Counted from the first letter of the stretch, positions 39,712-50,729 are shown. The stretch: DNA of 64,000 nucleotides from Malacoraja senta (GCA_038087875.1 JAXLNO010004761.1:62001-126000), one strand, 5' to 3'. Made by a program: numbers and translations. The notes: generated from the letters alone by a model not told the origin.

Positions 39712-40030
39712 TGTTTAGTTTAGTTTAGAGATACAGCGCGGAAACAGGCCCTTCGGCCCACCGGGTCCACGCCAACCAGCGGTCCCCGCATATTAACACT
39801 ATCCTACACCCACTAGGGACAATTTTTACATTTACCAAGCCAATTAACCTACAAACCTGTAAGTCTTTGGAGTGTGGAAGGAAACCGAGGATCTCGGAGA
39901 AAACCCATGCAGGTCCTGGGGAGAAAGTACAAACTCCGTACAGACAGCACCCGTAGTTGAGATCGAGCCCGGGTCTCCGGCGCTGCATTCACTGTAAGGC
40001 AGCAACTCTACCGGTGCGCCACCGTGCCGC
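39712..40030 (-). mobile_element. HE1-like SINE
   Basis: Full-length, well-preserved copy. Confidence 0.82.
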
Positions 40031-41917
40031 ATTCATTGTGTCATCTCTTTGTGACATGTTTACAGTTTGACTTGCCGATTCAACTGCTTCAATGCACCAT
40101 CTGATGTGATTATTTGACTGAACACAGCAACCTGCTCCCTGATGGTCACTGTGTGGTATAGGTTGGTGTTATTAATCCTTGCTCCTGGCGAGCAGCAGTC
40201 TCCCCCTGGGACAGGACAACAGGGCTCTGACTACAGTCAGCTGAGAGTCCACTTAGGAATGAAGACTTTGGTTGTCCTCTGCCTGTGCCTCAGTGCCTGT
40301 AAAACCCTGCTCCGTCAGCCGCTGCACCAAGGGAGAAGCCACCCCCACCCACACCCACTCCCACTGTGGTGTCCCCACCTCCCAGATTGGAAATCTGTGC
40401 TCCCCGCTGAGCAGAGGCCTCCCCATGTACGCTCATCTAGCACAGTCTCACTATGGAGCAGAACTGAAGTTGAACTTTATTTTACAAGGGTCGCGCACAC
40501 CAGCCTCTCCATCCTTTGGCCTCATTGCAGACTGATGCTTTTGGGTGTTGAGCTGTCCTTAAAGGGCAGGAGATATCAATCAGTGAGTGAATAGATTAGG
40601 TGGTGTGTGGAATTAATGCATGGATCAACCATCTCCAATTTTACACTAAAAACACATGAAGATGTGTTCATTAGGGTTGCAATAATAATGTGTTCAACCT
40701 CATTGACATCAGTAGGCAATGGTTACATGCACAATACAGTTTTAGTACTTGAAGACCAAAATTAATTTTAGGAGTTGAAAATCCGAATGAAAAATAATAA
40801 TAATAATCAGCAGGACAGATAGGAACTGTGAAAGAGGAACAAGTCCAGCCATGATCGCATTAAATGGCGGTGCTGGCTCGAGGGGCTGAATGGCCTACTC
40901 CTGCACTTATTGTCTATTGTCAAAGATCCTTTCTATGAATCTGACAACGTTTTATTCATCATAAAACATGAATCACTTCTTTCCCTTTCCACGGATACTA
41001 CTCAAACGGCTGAGTATTTCTAACCTTTACAGTTCTTGTGCTCCTGGTTAGAGAGGATTGAAGCTGGAGGGCAATATCCACTCTGTTGTCAGCAGTGCTC
41101 ATTCAACCATTGTTCCAGGCTTAGACTATGATAAACATTTGTCCACTGTACAGTGGGAAGTATCACAGCAGAATCAGCTACTTTATCAGCCAACCATCAG
41201 CTCCCATCTCCTGCCTGAGGAAGTCAGCTGATTGTAACCAAGAAATGGAAACTTGTGAGAATGTTTACAGTCTATAACTGATGGCTACTGAGGCAAGTTG
41301 TGGCTCTCTGATCTTTCTGTGTAAGGTCAATTAATCTGGAAAAAAAAGACACAATGTGCTGGAGTAACTCAACGGGTCAGGCGGAATCTCTGGAGAACAT
41401 GGGTAGGTGAGGTTTTGGGTCGGAACCCTACTTCAGACTAAAGGGCTGTTCTGCAATGATCTGACCACGTGGTGATTGCGTCACCATCCTCTGTGTAAAC
41501 CATTATCAAATAAACATGCCAGAAGTTGAAGTATAGCTAGTGTAGTCATGTAGAAAATATGGTCTCCAATTTGCCCTCAATATGTTCCTATTTACTGAGG
41601 GATGAATATTGGACAGGAAACCAGGAGACCAAGGTATCTCCACTGCACTTTGGTGATTCAAACTTAAAGTGAAAACTTTGCCTTGTGTACCATCCTAATA
41701 TGGTCATAATTTAGGGAACTGTGTTTCCATGGACTCTGATTTCATACACAAGGTCTTATCCCACCATTAAATGTCTCTGACATACATCTGAAGCAATGTT
41801 CCTGGTCATTCTGGTGGATCTCATCATTAATGGGGTACAGTTTAAACACTGGATTGCTGCTTCTTTAAAATCAAGCCGGATTAAAGTCTTAATCAGAAAA
41901 TAATACTTATTTTCCAG

Positions 41918-41995
41918 AAATTAATGTGACCCCAGTACCTGAGATGAGCCATGTTACTGAATACATGTGTGTGAGTAGGAAGACAAAGCAAGAAG
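41918..41995 (+). CDS. Cytoplasmic exon with ITSM-like TEYMCV (INVTPVPEMSHVTEYMCVSRKTKQE)
   Basis: Acceptor cttattttccag, donor gaaG|gtaaat, 78 nt, open in phase 1-1. Confidence 0.7.
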
Positions 41996-42489
41996 GTAAA
42001 TAGATGACTCAGTCAATGAATCTCTAGTTGCAGAGGTGTTGTATTTGATGAAGGAACCTATTTCACATTTCACAGTTTTGTAACAAGAATGTGAGGAAGG
42101 GAACCTCAAGCACACAAACTAATTGATCAATTCAACCGTCTCTCTTGTGTCAATTCACCCCTCAGTCCCAATCTTCCCCATCCAACTGCAGGTCTTACTC
42201 TGCATTGGTCAATTGACTAATTTTCACTGGACTATCATGGTCAACCCATGAATGTTGAGACATCACCATGAACAACATATTCACACTCCTAATTTATTGT
42301 TGATCCTGATTAACAGCTTGGTTAGTGGCTCTCTAAAGAATGGACAACACTTGCCCTTTCAAAAGTCACCATCCCTTTCACAAAATATCATCTAGCATTA
42401 AATGCCTCCAATTCACTTTGCCACTAGTTCAGATTTTATTCTGAAGTGAAAATAACAACAACATTTCAGAATGGTTTGAGCATCATTAA

Positions 42490-42670
42490 TAGATGGCGGA
42501 TAGGTGATGTTTCGGATCGAGACCCTTCTTTTGAGTCTGAAGAAGGGTCACGACACGAAACTTCACCTATACATGTCCTCCAGAGATGCTGCCTGACCTG
42601 CAGAGGTAGTCCAGCACTTTGTGTCCATTTGTGTATTAACCAGCATCTGCAGTTCTTTGTTTCTACCTTA
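42490..42670. mobile_element. Penelope-like terminal repeat, inverted pair
   Basis: Hammerhead-like motifs back to back, centred near 42532. Confidence 0.6.
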
Positions 42671-43851
42671 GACAGAATCAGAATCATATTTTATTCGCCA
42701 AGTATGTTTTGCAACATACGAGGAATTTCACTGGCCAGGTCAGTCATACAATTAAAAAGCAACAGACACAAAAACACATTTTAACATGAACATCCACCAC
42801 AGTGACTCCTACACTTTCCTCACTGTGATGGAAGGCGAAATAAAGTTCAAGTCCTTCACGTGTTCTTCCTCGGTCAGGGACAGTATTGTTTTTGCCAGAA
42901 TTTAGACCACATTTCTGATGAATCTGATGAACAGAGAAATCTTTCTTGAAAAATCTGAAGGAACCTTTCAATAAATCAGTCATTGCTCATGTTTTAATGA
43001 TAAAAATATCAATTCCTTACCTTGTTCCACAGTATGGATCAATTGTATTCCACTGTGTTCCACTGTAAAGGGATCGATTGTATTCATATATTGTCTTTCT
43101 GCTGATGCAACAAAAGATTTTCCCAGAACCTCGGCACACATGACAATAAACTAAACTGAACCTCAGCTGATCATATCTCCCCATATTCCTTGATCTTAGT
43201 CCACATATGACATCTCTAGTTTGTGCTTTGCAGTCTTTTTTTCCACTAACCAGTGGTCTTTGTAATTTATGCTTCATTTATGTGTTGTGATGCCTTAGTC
43301 AAAATGCCTCTGATGCTGCTGCAGGCAACATTTTCATTGTACCTGTACCTCGCCATTGTTGTGTATCTGTCAATAAATTCCACAACTACTAAAATGTACT
43401 GAATGATTTGGCTCCAGCCAAATGTGTGGTAGAGAATGTAACCGATTCTTTGTTCTCCTCATCTTCATCCTTATTGTCTCTTGTCTTAAACCTTTACCCC
43501 TGGTCATGGTCTCCCCCAACAGGGAACATCTTCCTCCATCCAGACTGGTCTACCTGTTGGAAGTGACTATGTTTCCATGAGAACCATTGTCATTCTTCTA
43601 AACTCCACAAGCCAAATTAACTCAAATTCTCTTTGTAATTTCCACCATCCCAGGAAGAAGTCAAAACAAGGTGGTTAGGAGATGTGACTTTTCATGGAGG
43701 GTTTTTGTTAACTGCCGGAGGTACTCTATGGGTCGAGCAGCATCTATGGAGGAAAAGCGATGATCAGCGTTTCGTATCATGACCCTGCATTGACTTAAAT
43801 CATCCTTTTTCAAATACAAATACATTTTTTGTTTCCAACTTATTTCCACAG

Positions 43852-43908
43852 ATACAGAGGAAGATATTCATTATGGATCCATCTCTTTCCAGCCAAAAGC
43901 ATCTGGTG
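43852..43908 (+). CDS. Cytoplasmic exon with ITIM IHYGSI (DTEEDIHYGSISFQPKASG)
   Basis: Acceptor ttatttccacag, donor gtG|gtaaaa. An alternative in-phase donor lies 3 nt upstream. 57 nt, phase 1-1. Confidence 0.75.
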
Positions 43909-44102
43909 GTAAAATGCCTTTATTTAAATATGTTTTAATCTTTTATCACAGTGAGGATTATTGGCACTGAGCAGTCTGAAACCCTGATGTCTTTGGCCAC
44001 TTTACAACAGGATCAGGCATTCCTGGGATAAAGTCCCTCGCCCTGTCCGTGGACATGAAGTGGGACAGTTAGCTGAGGCTCAGTTAGGAGCCCAACCTTC
44101 TC

Positions 44103-44285
44103 TGAGTGTGTTCTGCTCCCCTAAACTACAGGAAGTGTGTTCTGGTCCCCTAAACTACAGGAAGTGTGTTCTGGTCCCCTAAACTACAGGGAGTGTGTTC
44201 TGGTCCCCTAAACTACAGGGAGTGTGTTCTGGTCCCCTAACCTACTCTAAGTGGGTTCTGGTCCCCTAGCCTACTCTGAATGGGT
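44103..44285. repeat. 29-bp minisatellite (gtgtgttctggtcccctaaactacaggaa), about 6 copies
   Basis: Periodicity directly visible. Confidence 0.9.
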
Positions 44286-44580
44286 ACAATAGCCACTCCA
44301 GAGATCCAACCAGTGACATCCAGGCTGCTGTTACAACACTGTTGTGCATTGTCGTTGGTGATGAGAAGTGAAACCAAGACACCATTTATGTCCATCTGAA
44401 GAACATTCTTCTGCACAACTCCTGACTGAGCTACAAGTGATCAGCACAAACTTCGTTGAATTACAACTTTTTGATATTGATTAGTAGGACTGGATGTTAC
44501 AATCCCTAAGTTTATTCACCACAACTGACACCCAATATTCTCGGGGGTGACCACGAGGTGATTTTGCTACCAATCAGACA

Positions 44581-45235
44581 CATCTTCAGTTGTGTACCTC
44601 AACATCACTGGGTGTTTCGGCCTTTTATCACAAGACACCCTCAGTCAAGGCAGGCCCACCGCAGGGTGATCAGCCCTGGGTGTGTGTCTTATGGTTAGCC
44701 TCTAGATGGTCACGTGGCAGCCCAGACAGCATCTATTCTCTTCAGCCACAGCCAGTGACTGCTCCATTCAGCTTTTTTCCTTCCATCTTCCTCTCTACCG
44801 CTGACTGTGGCTGGTTGGGCTCTGGACTCGTGTCCGTTGGTGGGACAGTACTTGGTTGAGCTTCGCCTGGGGTGCTGATACCCTGTGGACTGCGGTGGTT
44901 AACCTGCCACTGGGCTTCACTCGACTGATTTGACCTACCTCTCAGAAGGTAATGGTCAATGCGAGGCCCCTCACCAAGCTCTCCCAGGCACTTTTCCCTG
45001 CCCTGGTGGATCTTGAGACCCTTCTCTGATGTTATCTTTTCCCAGCCACAGATGCAGCTTCGTAGCTTATGTCCTGCCAGGGCTGCTGCTCTGTCAATTG
45101 CTGTGCTAGTTATCTTATTCATAGTCGATTCCTTCCATAGCAATATAAGGGTGTCTTGTTCATGCTGACCATTCCTGCAGCTCACTGTAAATGCAGAGGT
45201 ATGAGCATACAGATGACAGATGGGTTTTCTGGAAT
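44581..45235 (-). mobile_element. HERO/NeSL-like (RLE-type) non-LTR element, internally deleted
   Basis: N-terminal zinc-finger-like peptide LRSCICGWEKITSEKGLKIHQG...RIDHYLLRGRSNQSSEAQ, followed within about 200 nt by a putative 3' UTR. No RT. Family assigned from recall. Confidence 0.55.
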
Positions 45236-45370
45236 TCAATGTCTTGTTGATCTACTGTCAGGAAGAGCAAAATGTAGTAAGCTTTAGACTTTTATATTCC
45301 ATTTGTCATTTCCTTTGTCAACATAATCCACCAGTGTCATTTTCAATTGTGATGTTTGCATTTATTACAG

Positions 45371-45414
45371 GCAGCAGCGATAATACACTGTCCTCCAATC
45401 AAGCATCAGGCACT
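45371..45414 (+). CDS. Cytoplasmic spacer exon (GSSDNTLSSNQASGT)
   Basis: Acceptor ttttattacag, donor act|gtaagt, phase 1-0, which matches both neighbouring exons. Confidence 0.7.
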
Positions 45415-45546
45415 GTAAGTATATTGATTCTTGTTGATGAAATCCCAGATCGTACAAGTATGAATTAAAGCTGTAATCTGTTTACTGATCTAAACAGCGA
45501 CAACAGCAACGGTCTTAAATACAATTGGTATTTCTTTCTCTTTCAG

Positions 45547-45609
45547 AACCTTGTTTCTTCAAAGGAAGATGAGTCATCTGTCATCTATGCTGAAACAGTA
45601 AAAACATAA
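45547..45609 (+). CDS. Terminal coding exon NLVSSKEDESSVIYAETVKT*
   Basis: Polypyrimidine acceptor tttctttctctttcag, phase 0, TAA at 45607-45609, tyrosine in an acidic context typical of receptor tails. Confidence 0.7.
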   Translation, partial: NLVSSKEDESSVIYAETVKT

Positions 45610-45886
45610 ACATGAATACTGTGAAGAGAGTGGAAAGTAAAGGCTTGGACTTTGACAAGTGCAACGTTGTAATGTTTGGAATTGAATTTTTTACTTCATC
45701 TATATTACTAAAACTAAGATATTGACCACTTTCTGACTTTCTGATTCGTGATTTCTGAAAGAACGCCGCCACTTACGGCCGTGATTTTTGGCCACCTCGC
45801 TCACAGTCCCCCTCCGCTGAGCTGGACTGGAGGCTTTTTCCCATCGATGAAAAATCAGAGAGTTGTTAATGTTTTAGTATTGGTTG

Positions 45887-46480
45887 TGAGTGTGTGTGTG
45901 TGTGTGTCTGTGTGTGTGTTTTCAGAAATTATATTGGTTGTAAAGTGTTTGCAAATTTGGAGACTTTAAACGTTTGAATCATTCGGTTTCCACACTATGT
46001 TTACCACGTTCTGAAGTTACTTAGCATTTTAGTCTTGGTTGTGTGTGTGTNNNNNNNNNNNNNNNNNNNNNNNNNNNNNNNNNNNNNNNNNNNNNNNNNN
46101 NNNNNNNNNNNNNNNNNNNNNNNNNNNNNNNNNNNNNNNNNNNNNNNNNNNNNNNNNNNNNNNNNNNNNNNNNNNNNNNNNNNNNNNNNNNNNNNNNNNN
46201 NNNNNNNNNNNNNNNNNNNNNNNNNNNNNNNNNNNNNNNNNNNNNNNTGCGACTGTGTGTGTCTGTGTGAGTGAGTCTGTGTCTTTGTGAGTCTGTGTGA
46301 ATGAGTCTGTGTGTGTGTGTGTGTGTGAGTGAGTCTGTGTGTGCGTGCGTGCGTGTCTGAGAGTGCGTGCGTGAGTGAGAGAGTGTGCGTGAGTGAGAAT
46401 GCGTGTGTGAGTGAGAGTGCGTGCGTGTCTCAGAGTGTGTGTGTGTCTGAGAGTGTGTGTGTGTCTGAGAGTGTGTGCAT
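45887..46480. repeat. (GT)n/(GTGA)n compound microsatellite spanning an N-gap
   Basis: Direct inspection. Confidence 0.9.
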
Positions 46481-46488
46481 GTGTACGT

Positions 46489-46897
46489 ATAGGGGGGTTG
46501 CACGCAAGGTCACCGGGTCAAAGGGCATGATGCATGGAGCCGCTCAATCCATCTGGAGGACATCGCAGCTTCCGGTATATGTTGTTAATACACGAAACGC
46601 GTACTTTCCTACCTGTTAAAAACCGCCAAAATGGTGAATTTTTGCGCTGTAAATAATTGTGGAAGTCGGGGTAACCGTGAGAGACATCTATCCTACTTCA
46701 GAATTCTAAACGTGAAGCGAAATGAAGGTAAAGAGAAGCGAGAGCTGAAGGGACAACAACAGCTAAAGTGCTTGGCGAACATTGGCCGTGCAGATATCGA
46801 GATTGAAAATATTGGGAATTATCGCCTTTGCTCACTGCATTTCATCAACAGCAAGGCATTATTTGTGTTTTTTCTTGATTCCTTTGATATCGGGTAG
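46489..46897 (+). mobile_element. THAP-domain DNA-transposon remnant (ISL2EU/Harbinger- or Kolobok-type; superfamily unresolved)
   Basis: ORF 46631-46897 MVNFCAVNNCGSR...RLCSLHF carries the C2CH THAP signature. The usually conserved Pro and Trp are replaced. No transposase catalytic domain follows. Confidence 0.7.
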
Positions 46898-47758
46898 GGG
46901 GCGCTGCTCTGGGCAGCGGCCATGTCAGCAGCACGTCAGTTTTTTCAACTTGTTTTTATTTTTTAGTATGTTTTAGTATGTATTTTGTGTTTCTTTGTGT
47001 GTCTTGCGTGGGGGGTGGTGTGGGGGGGTAAGGGGGAAACCGCTTCGGTCGCCTCCTCCATGGAGAGGCGACTTTTTCCAGGTCGCCTCCCCCGTGGCCT
47101 AACATCAAGGATCGGTGCGGCCTTTCCCGGAGACGCGCCCGGGGCTTCAGCAGCGGGCACAGCGTGGACTCTCGGCGTGGAACGGGTGAGCCCTCGCTGG
47201 GGCTCGCTGGAGGGGAGCGCTCCGTTTCGCTGGCCCGGGGCAGCCGGCAGCCTGAAGTCGCAGCCTGAAGTCGCGGTCTGCAGAGCTCCAGCTGGTGCGG
47301 CGTCTACAGCCCGGGATCCCTCGTGGGGGAAGAAGAAGCCATCACTGCCGGCCCGCGGCCAACTTCTACCGCAGGGCCGGCATGGACTTACCAACACCCC
47401 TGCAGGGGAGCTTCGACCGCCGGCCCTGCAGTCTACGGTGCTTCTGGCTGCGGCGGAGACTTTAAATCTCGACAGCCGGCCTGCGGCCTACAACAACTTA
47501 AAGCCGCGGTCTCCGGTGAGGAAGAGCCGATCCTGGACTGACTCTGGACTCAGGTCCTGTTCACGGAGGGGAAATGGAGGAGGATTGGCCAAATTTTTGT
47601 GCCTTCCACCACAGTGTTGAATGCTGTGGTGGATGTTTGTGTTACCTTTTTTTTTTTATTGTGGTTGTGTGTTCTTATTATTGTATCGCTGCTGACAACC
47701 CAAAATTCCACCAGCTTGGGTGTGTGGTCATTAAAAATACTATACTATACTATACTAT
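46896..47758 (+). mobile_element. GC-rich non-autonomous retroposon-like insert with a (TATAC)n tail
   Basis: Abrupt composition shift relative to both flanks, microsatellite 3' tail, no recognisable protein. Confidence 0.45.
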
Positions 47759-48409
47759 CTAAAAAGTTTCAGAAGTGATAAATCTGGCTGTAAAATTTTA
47801 AAATCGCCCATGGTTCTGAAGTGGGTTTGTACATGCAAAAAGGAAATGCTTCTGAAGCTAAATTTATCATTAAAGAAATCTCCAGACTTACGAGTGATGT
47901 GTAGAAAAGTTTTCTATCATTATGCTATTGAGATGTATATTTTGGCAAATAATAAAATGTCCTGACAGCTTAAACACCCACTGTCCTTCAATAGGATATT
48001 GTCAATTTGCTGAGGTTGATTATGTCCAATTAACAGCTAACAAGTATGCCATTCCTTGGCTTGCATCTGAGTAAAATGTAATTTGGGTGATCACAGAGGA
48101 AGAGGACTTAACTTATAGATGCCGTGGACAGTGGAACATTTTGATTCTGTTGTGGGGGGAAGTTCATGTTGAATTCTATAATGTGTTGTGTCATTATTTA
48201 TTTTATGTAAAGCACTTTGGTTTCAACGCGAGTTGATTTAAACATGCTATATAAATAAAATGTACTTACTTACTTACGTATGGTTTGTGATTTTTTTACC
48301 CACACCCACCCAAAACCACCCTCACCCACTCGAAACCACCCTCACCAACCACACCCACCCTCACCCACCGGAAACCACCCACACCCACCCGAAACCACCC
48401 TCACCCACC

Positions 48410-48925
48410 CTTACAGGGTCTTGGTGAGACCACACCTGGAGTAATGCGTACAGTTTTTGTCTCCTAATCTGAGGAAAGACATTCTTGCCATAGAGGGAGT
48501 ACAGAGAAGGTTCACCAGACTGATTCCTGGGATGTCAGGACTTTCATATGAACAAAGACTGGATAGACTCGGCTTGTACTCGCTGGAATTTAGAAGATTG
48601 AGGGGGGGATCTTATGGAAACTTACAAAATTCTTCAGGGGTTGGACAGGCTAGATGCAGGAAGATTGAACCCGATGTTGGGGAAGTCCAGAACAAGGGGT
48701 CACAGTTTAAGGATAAGCGGGAAGTCTTTTAGGACCGAGATGAGAAAAACATTTTTTTTTCACACAGAGAGTGGTGAATCTGTGGAATTCTCTGCCACAG
48801 AAGGTAGTTGAGGCCAGTTCATTGGCTATATTTAAGAGGGAGTTAGATGTGGCCCTTGTGGCTAAAGGGATCAGGGGATATGGAGAGAAGGCAGGTACAG
48901 GATACTGAGTTGGATGATCAGCCAT
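48410..48925 (+). mobile_element. CR1 LINE 3' fragment
   Basis: SPNLRKDILAIEGVQRRFTRLIPG. The terminal part resumes at about 49477-49563 after a nested insert. Confidence 0.9.
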
Positions 48926-49475
48926 CTTCTTCTGTCGTGTGTCTTTTAGACCTGCAGCTCTGTTGAGGCGAGCCAGGCCAATGTATCATCGTCCAGGTCA
49001 ATCAGACCTCGTTCACCGTTCGGTGGCCGATGTGTGCTCCACTGTCTGTGGTGGGTCCCCACACTCGCAGGAGGCACTCGCTGTCCACGAAGCCCCCACC
49101 TCTTCATCACTACTCCATAGCGTCCTCAAGCGGTTGAGGGTTGACCACTGCTTTCGGGGCAGGTCCTGGCCAGGGACGTCCATGGGGTCATCGATGTAAT
49201 GGTGTAGCCTAGATGTTTCCGCTGACTTCAACTGGTCTCTCCATCTCGTCTTGACCATCTGGTCAAAGACAGCCTCTACGCGGCCTCCTCTACGAGTAGC
49301 TTACAGGATCATAAGCCCACAAAGCGAAACCAATGTCTTTACCACGTCTGCAGACCGCTAAAAGCCATGCCTCCCCAGGCCAGGCGGCACCGTTAAATGC
49401 CGCCAACTTTCGAGGTTTAGCGCTACTGCAGCTCAATGTTGAAGGCCTTACCACCGCCAAGCTCAACGTCATCGA
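48925..49475 (-). mobile_element. Ingi/Vingi-like LINE 3' fragment nested in CR1
   Basis: PGQDLPRKQWSTLNRLRT...SCECGDPPQTVEH and a short (gaa)n tail. Confidence 0.55.
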
Positions 49476-49564
49476 ACAGATGATCAGCCATGATCACATT
49501 GAATGACGGCGCTGGCTCGAAGGGCCGAATGGCCTACTCCTGCACCAATTGTCTATGTTTCTAT

Positions 49565-49800
49565 GAAACCGCTCTCACCAGAAACCACCCACAAAACACC
49601 CTCACGCACCACACCCACCCTCAACCACCCACACCCACCCACCCGAAATCACCCTCAACCACCCACGCACCCGAAACCACCCGAAACCACCCACACACCC
49701 GAAACCACCCTCACCCACCCTCAACCACCCACACACCAGAAACCACCCTCACCCACCCGAAACCACCCTCACCCACCCGAAACGACCCTCACCCACCCGC
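49565..49800. repeat. C/A-rich repeat of about 20 bp (cacccacccgaaaccaccct); also present at 48296-48410
   Basis: The same motif lies on both sides of the CR1/Vingi insert at 48410-49563. Confidence 0.85.
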
Positions 49801-49804
49801 CCAA

Positions 49805-50480
49805 AGCTCCAACCGCCAACCGCCGACCTACCTGCCTTCACCAAGATGGCCGCCGGCTGCCGACCTCACCTGCCCTTACCAAGATGGCCGCCGAATGCCG
49901 ACCTCACCAAGATGTTCTCTATCAATCTATGACTAAGTGACTGCAAACATTTTACCTTCAGTGTGAAGCAGCATCATCACATTCGCCGCCATTTTGTGTC
50001 GGCCTTCACATTTGAAAACAAACCGCCATCGAGCCTCTGCCAGCTGAAGCCACGCCCTCGGATCGCCGGTGACGTCACGGCGCAGGGAGGGCGGACGTCA
50101 CGGCGCAAGGCGGGCGGGGAGGGCGAACGTCACGGCGCAGGGCGGGCGGGGAGGGCAGACGTCACGGCGCAGGGCGGGCGGGGATGGCGAGTCATCTTCA
50201 TCTTGTTCCCGCTCCACGTCTCCAACCGCCAACCCCGCGCCCGCCCGCGACCTCACCTGCCCTCACCAAGATGGCCGCCCTCCCGCCGGTCCCGCCCCTT
50301 CCCCCCCGGGGCCGAGTCTCCCCGTCGACCGCATGAAAATGGCGGCGCGCGGGCGGGAGGAGAAGCGGCAGTTGGTGACGTCGCTGCCGACGGACCTGAG
50401 GTAAATAAATAAATAACTGTTGATCAGCGGCTGCAGCGGATTGTGCAGGATCGGGTCACGTGGGGGAGAAGTGAGTGGGT
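49805..50480. promoter_or_regulatory. CpG-island promoter, possibly bidirectional, with a non-coding first exon
   Basis: High CpG density. TGACGTCA at 50070-50077. Four tandem GACGTCAC/GGGCGG units at 50070-50185. YY1-type AAGATGGC(C)GCC motifs near 49842, 49880 and 50267, and AAAATGGCGGC at 50337. Donor ctgag|gtaaat at 50400/50401. Confidence 0.65.
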
Positions 50481-50729
50481 GAGTGAGGTCAATGACCACA
50501 TACAGTACAGTACAGTACAGGCCGGTACAGTCACGTGTGTGGACATGTGTGTGGGGGGGAGAGAGAGAGAGCTGAGGGCAATCTCCACATAAACCACGTC
50601 TGGGGGAATCAAACTGGTCAAACTGGGGTCAATTATATAAACTCACCGTCTGGAGCAGCGTCCTGAGATAAAACACCTTATAAATAAACATCTCCCTCTC
50701 TCTGGCTCCCAACCCCCCCTCTCTGTAAA

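Larger units (their letters stand above)
25263..45609 (+). pseudogene. Multi-exon Ig-superfamily receptor locus: leader, 8 Ig exons, 4 cytoplasmic exons with ITSM/ITIM motifs. Carries lesions and no TM exon was found, so it is a pseudogene or a secreted-only gene
   Basis: 13 exons with compatible splice phases translate as signal peptide, V-C2-V-C2-V-C2-V-C2 and a tyrosine-motif tail. Splice sites are canonical AG/GT except the Ig2 acceptor. Lesions at 30305-30306, about 30510 and 33499-33501. The exon structure is well supported; the functional status is not settled. Confidence 0.8.

Noticed and set aside
40142-40594. 150-aa ORF containing MKTLVVLCLCLSAC, as a possible TM segment or signal peptide
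   Set aside because: The hydrophobic run is too short, there is no phase-1 acceptor in that frame, and the rest shows no domain features.
46021-46503. His/Thr-rich ORF
   Set aside because: Translation of a (CA)n microsatellite across an N-gap.
46985-47620. 211-aa and 144-aa ORFs in GC-rich sequence
   Set aside because: Stop-poor because of GC content inside a retroposon-like insert; no domain signature.
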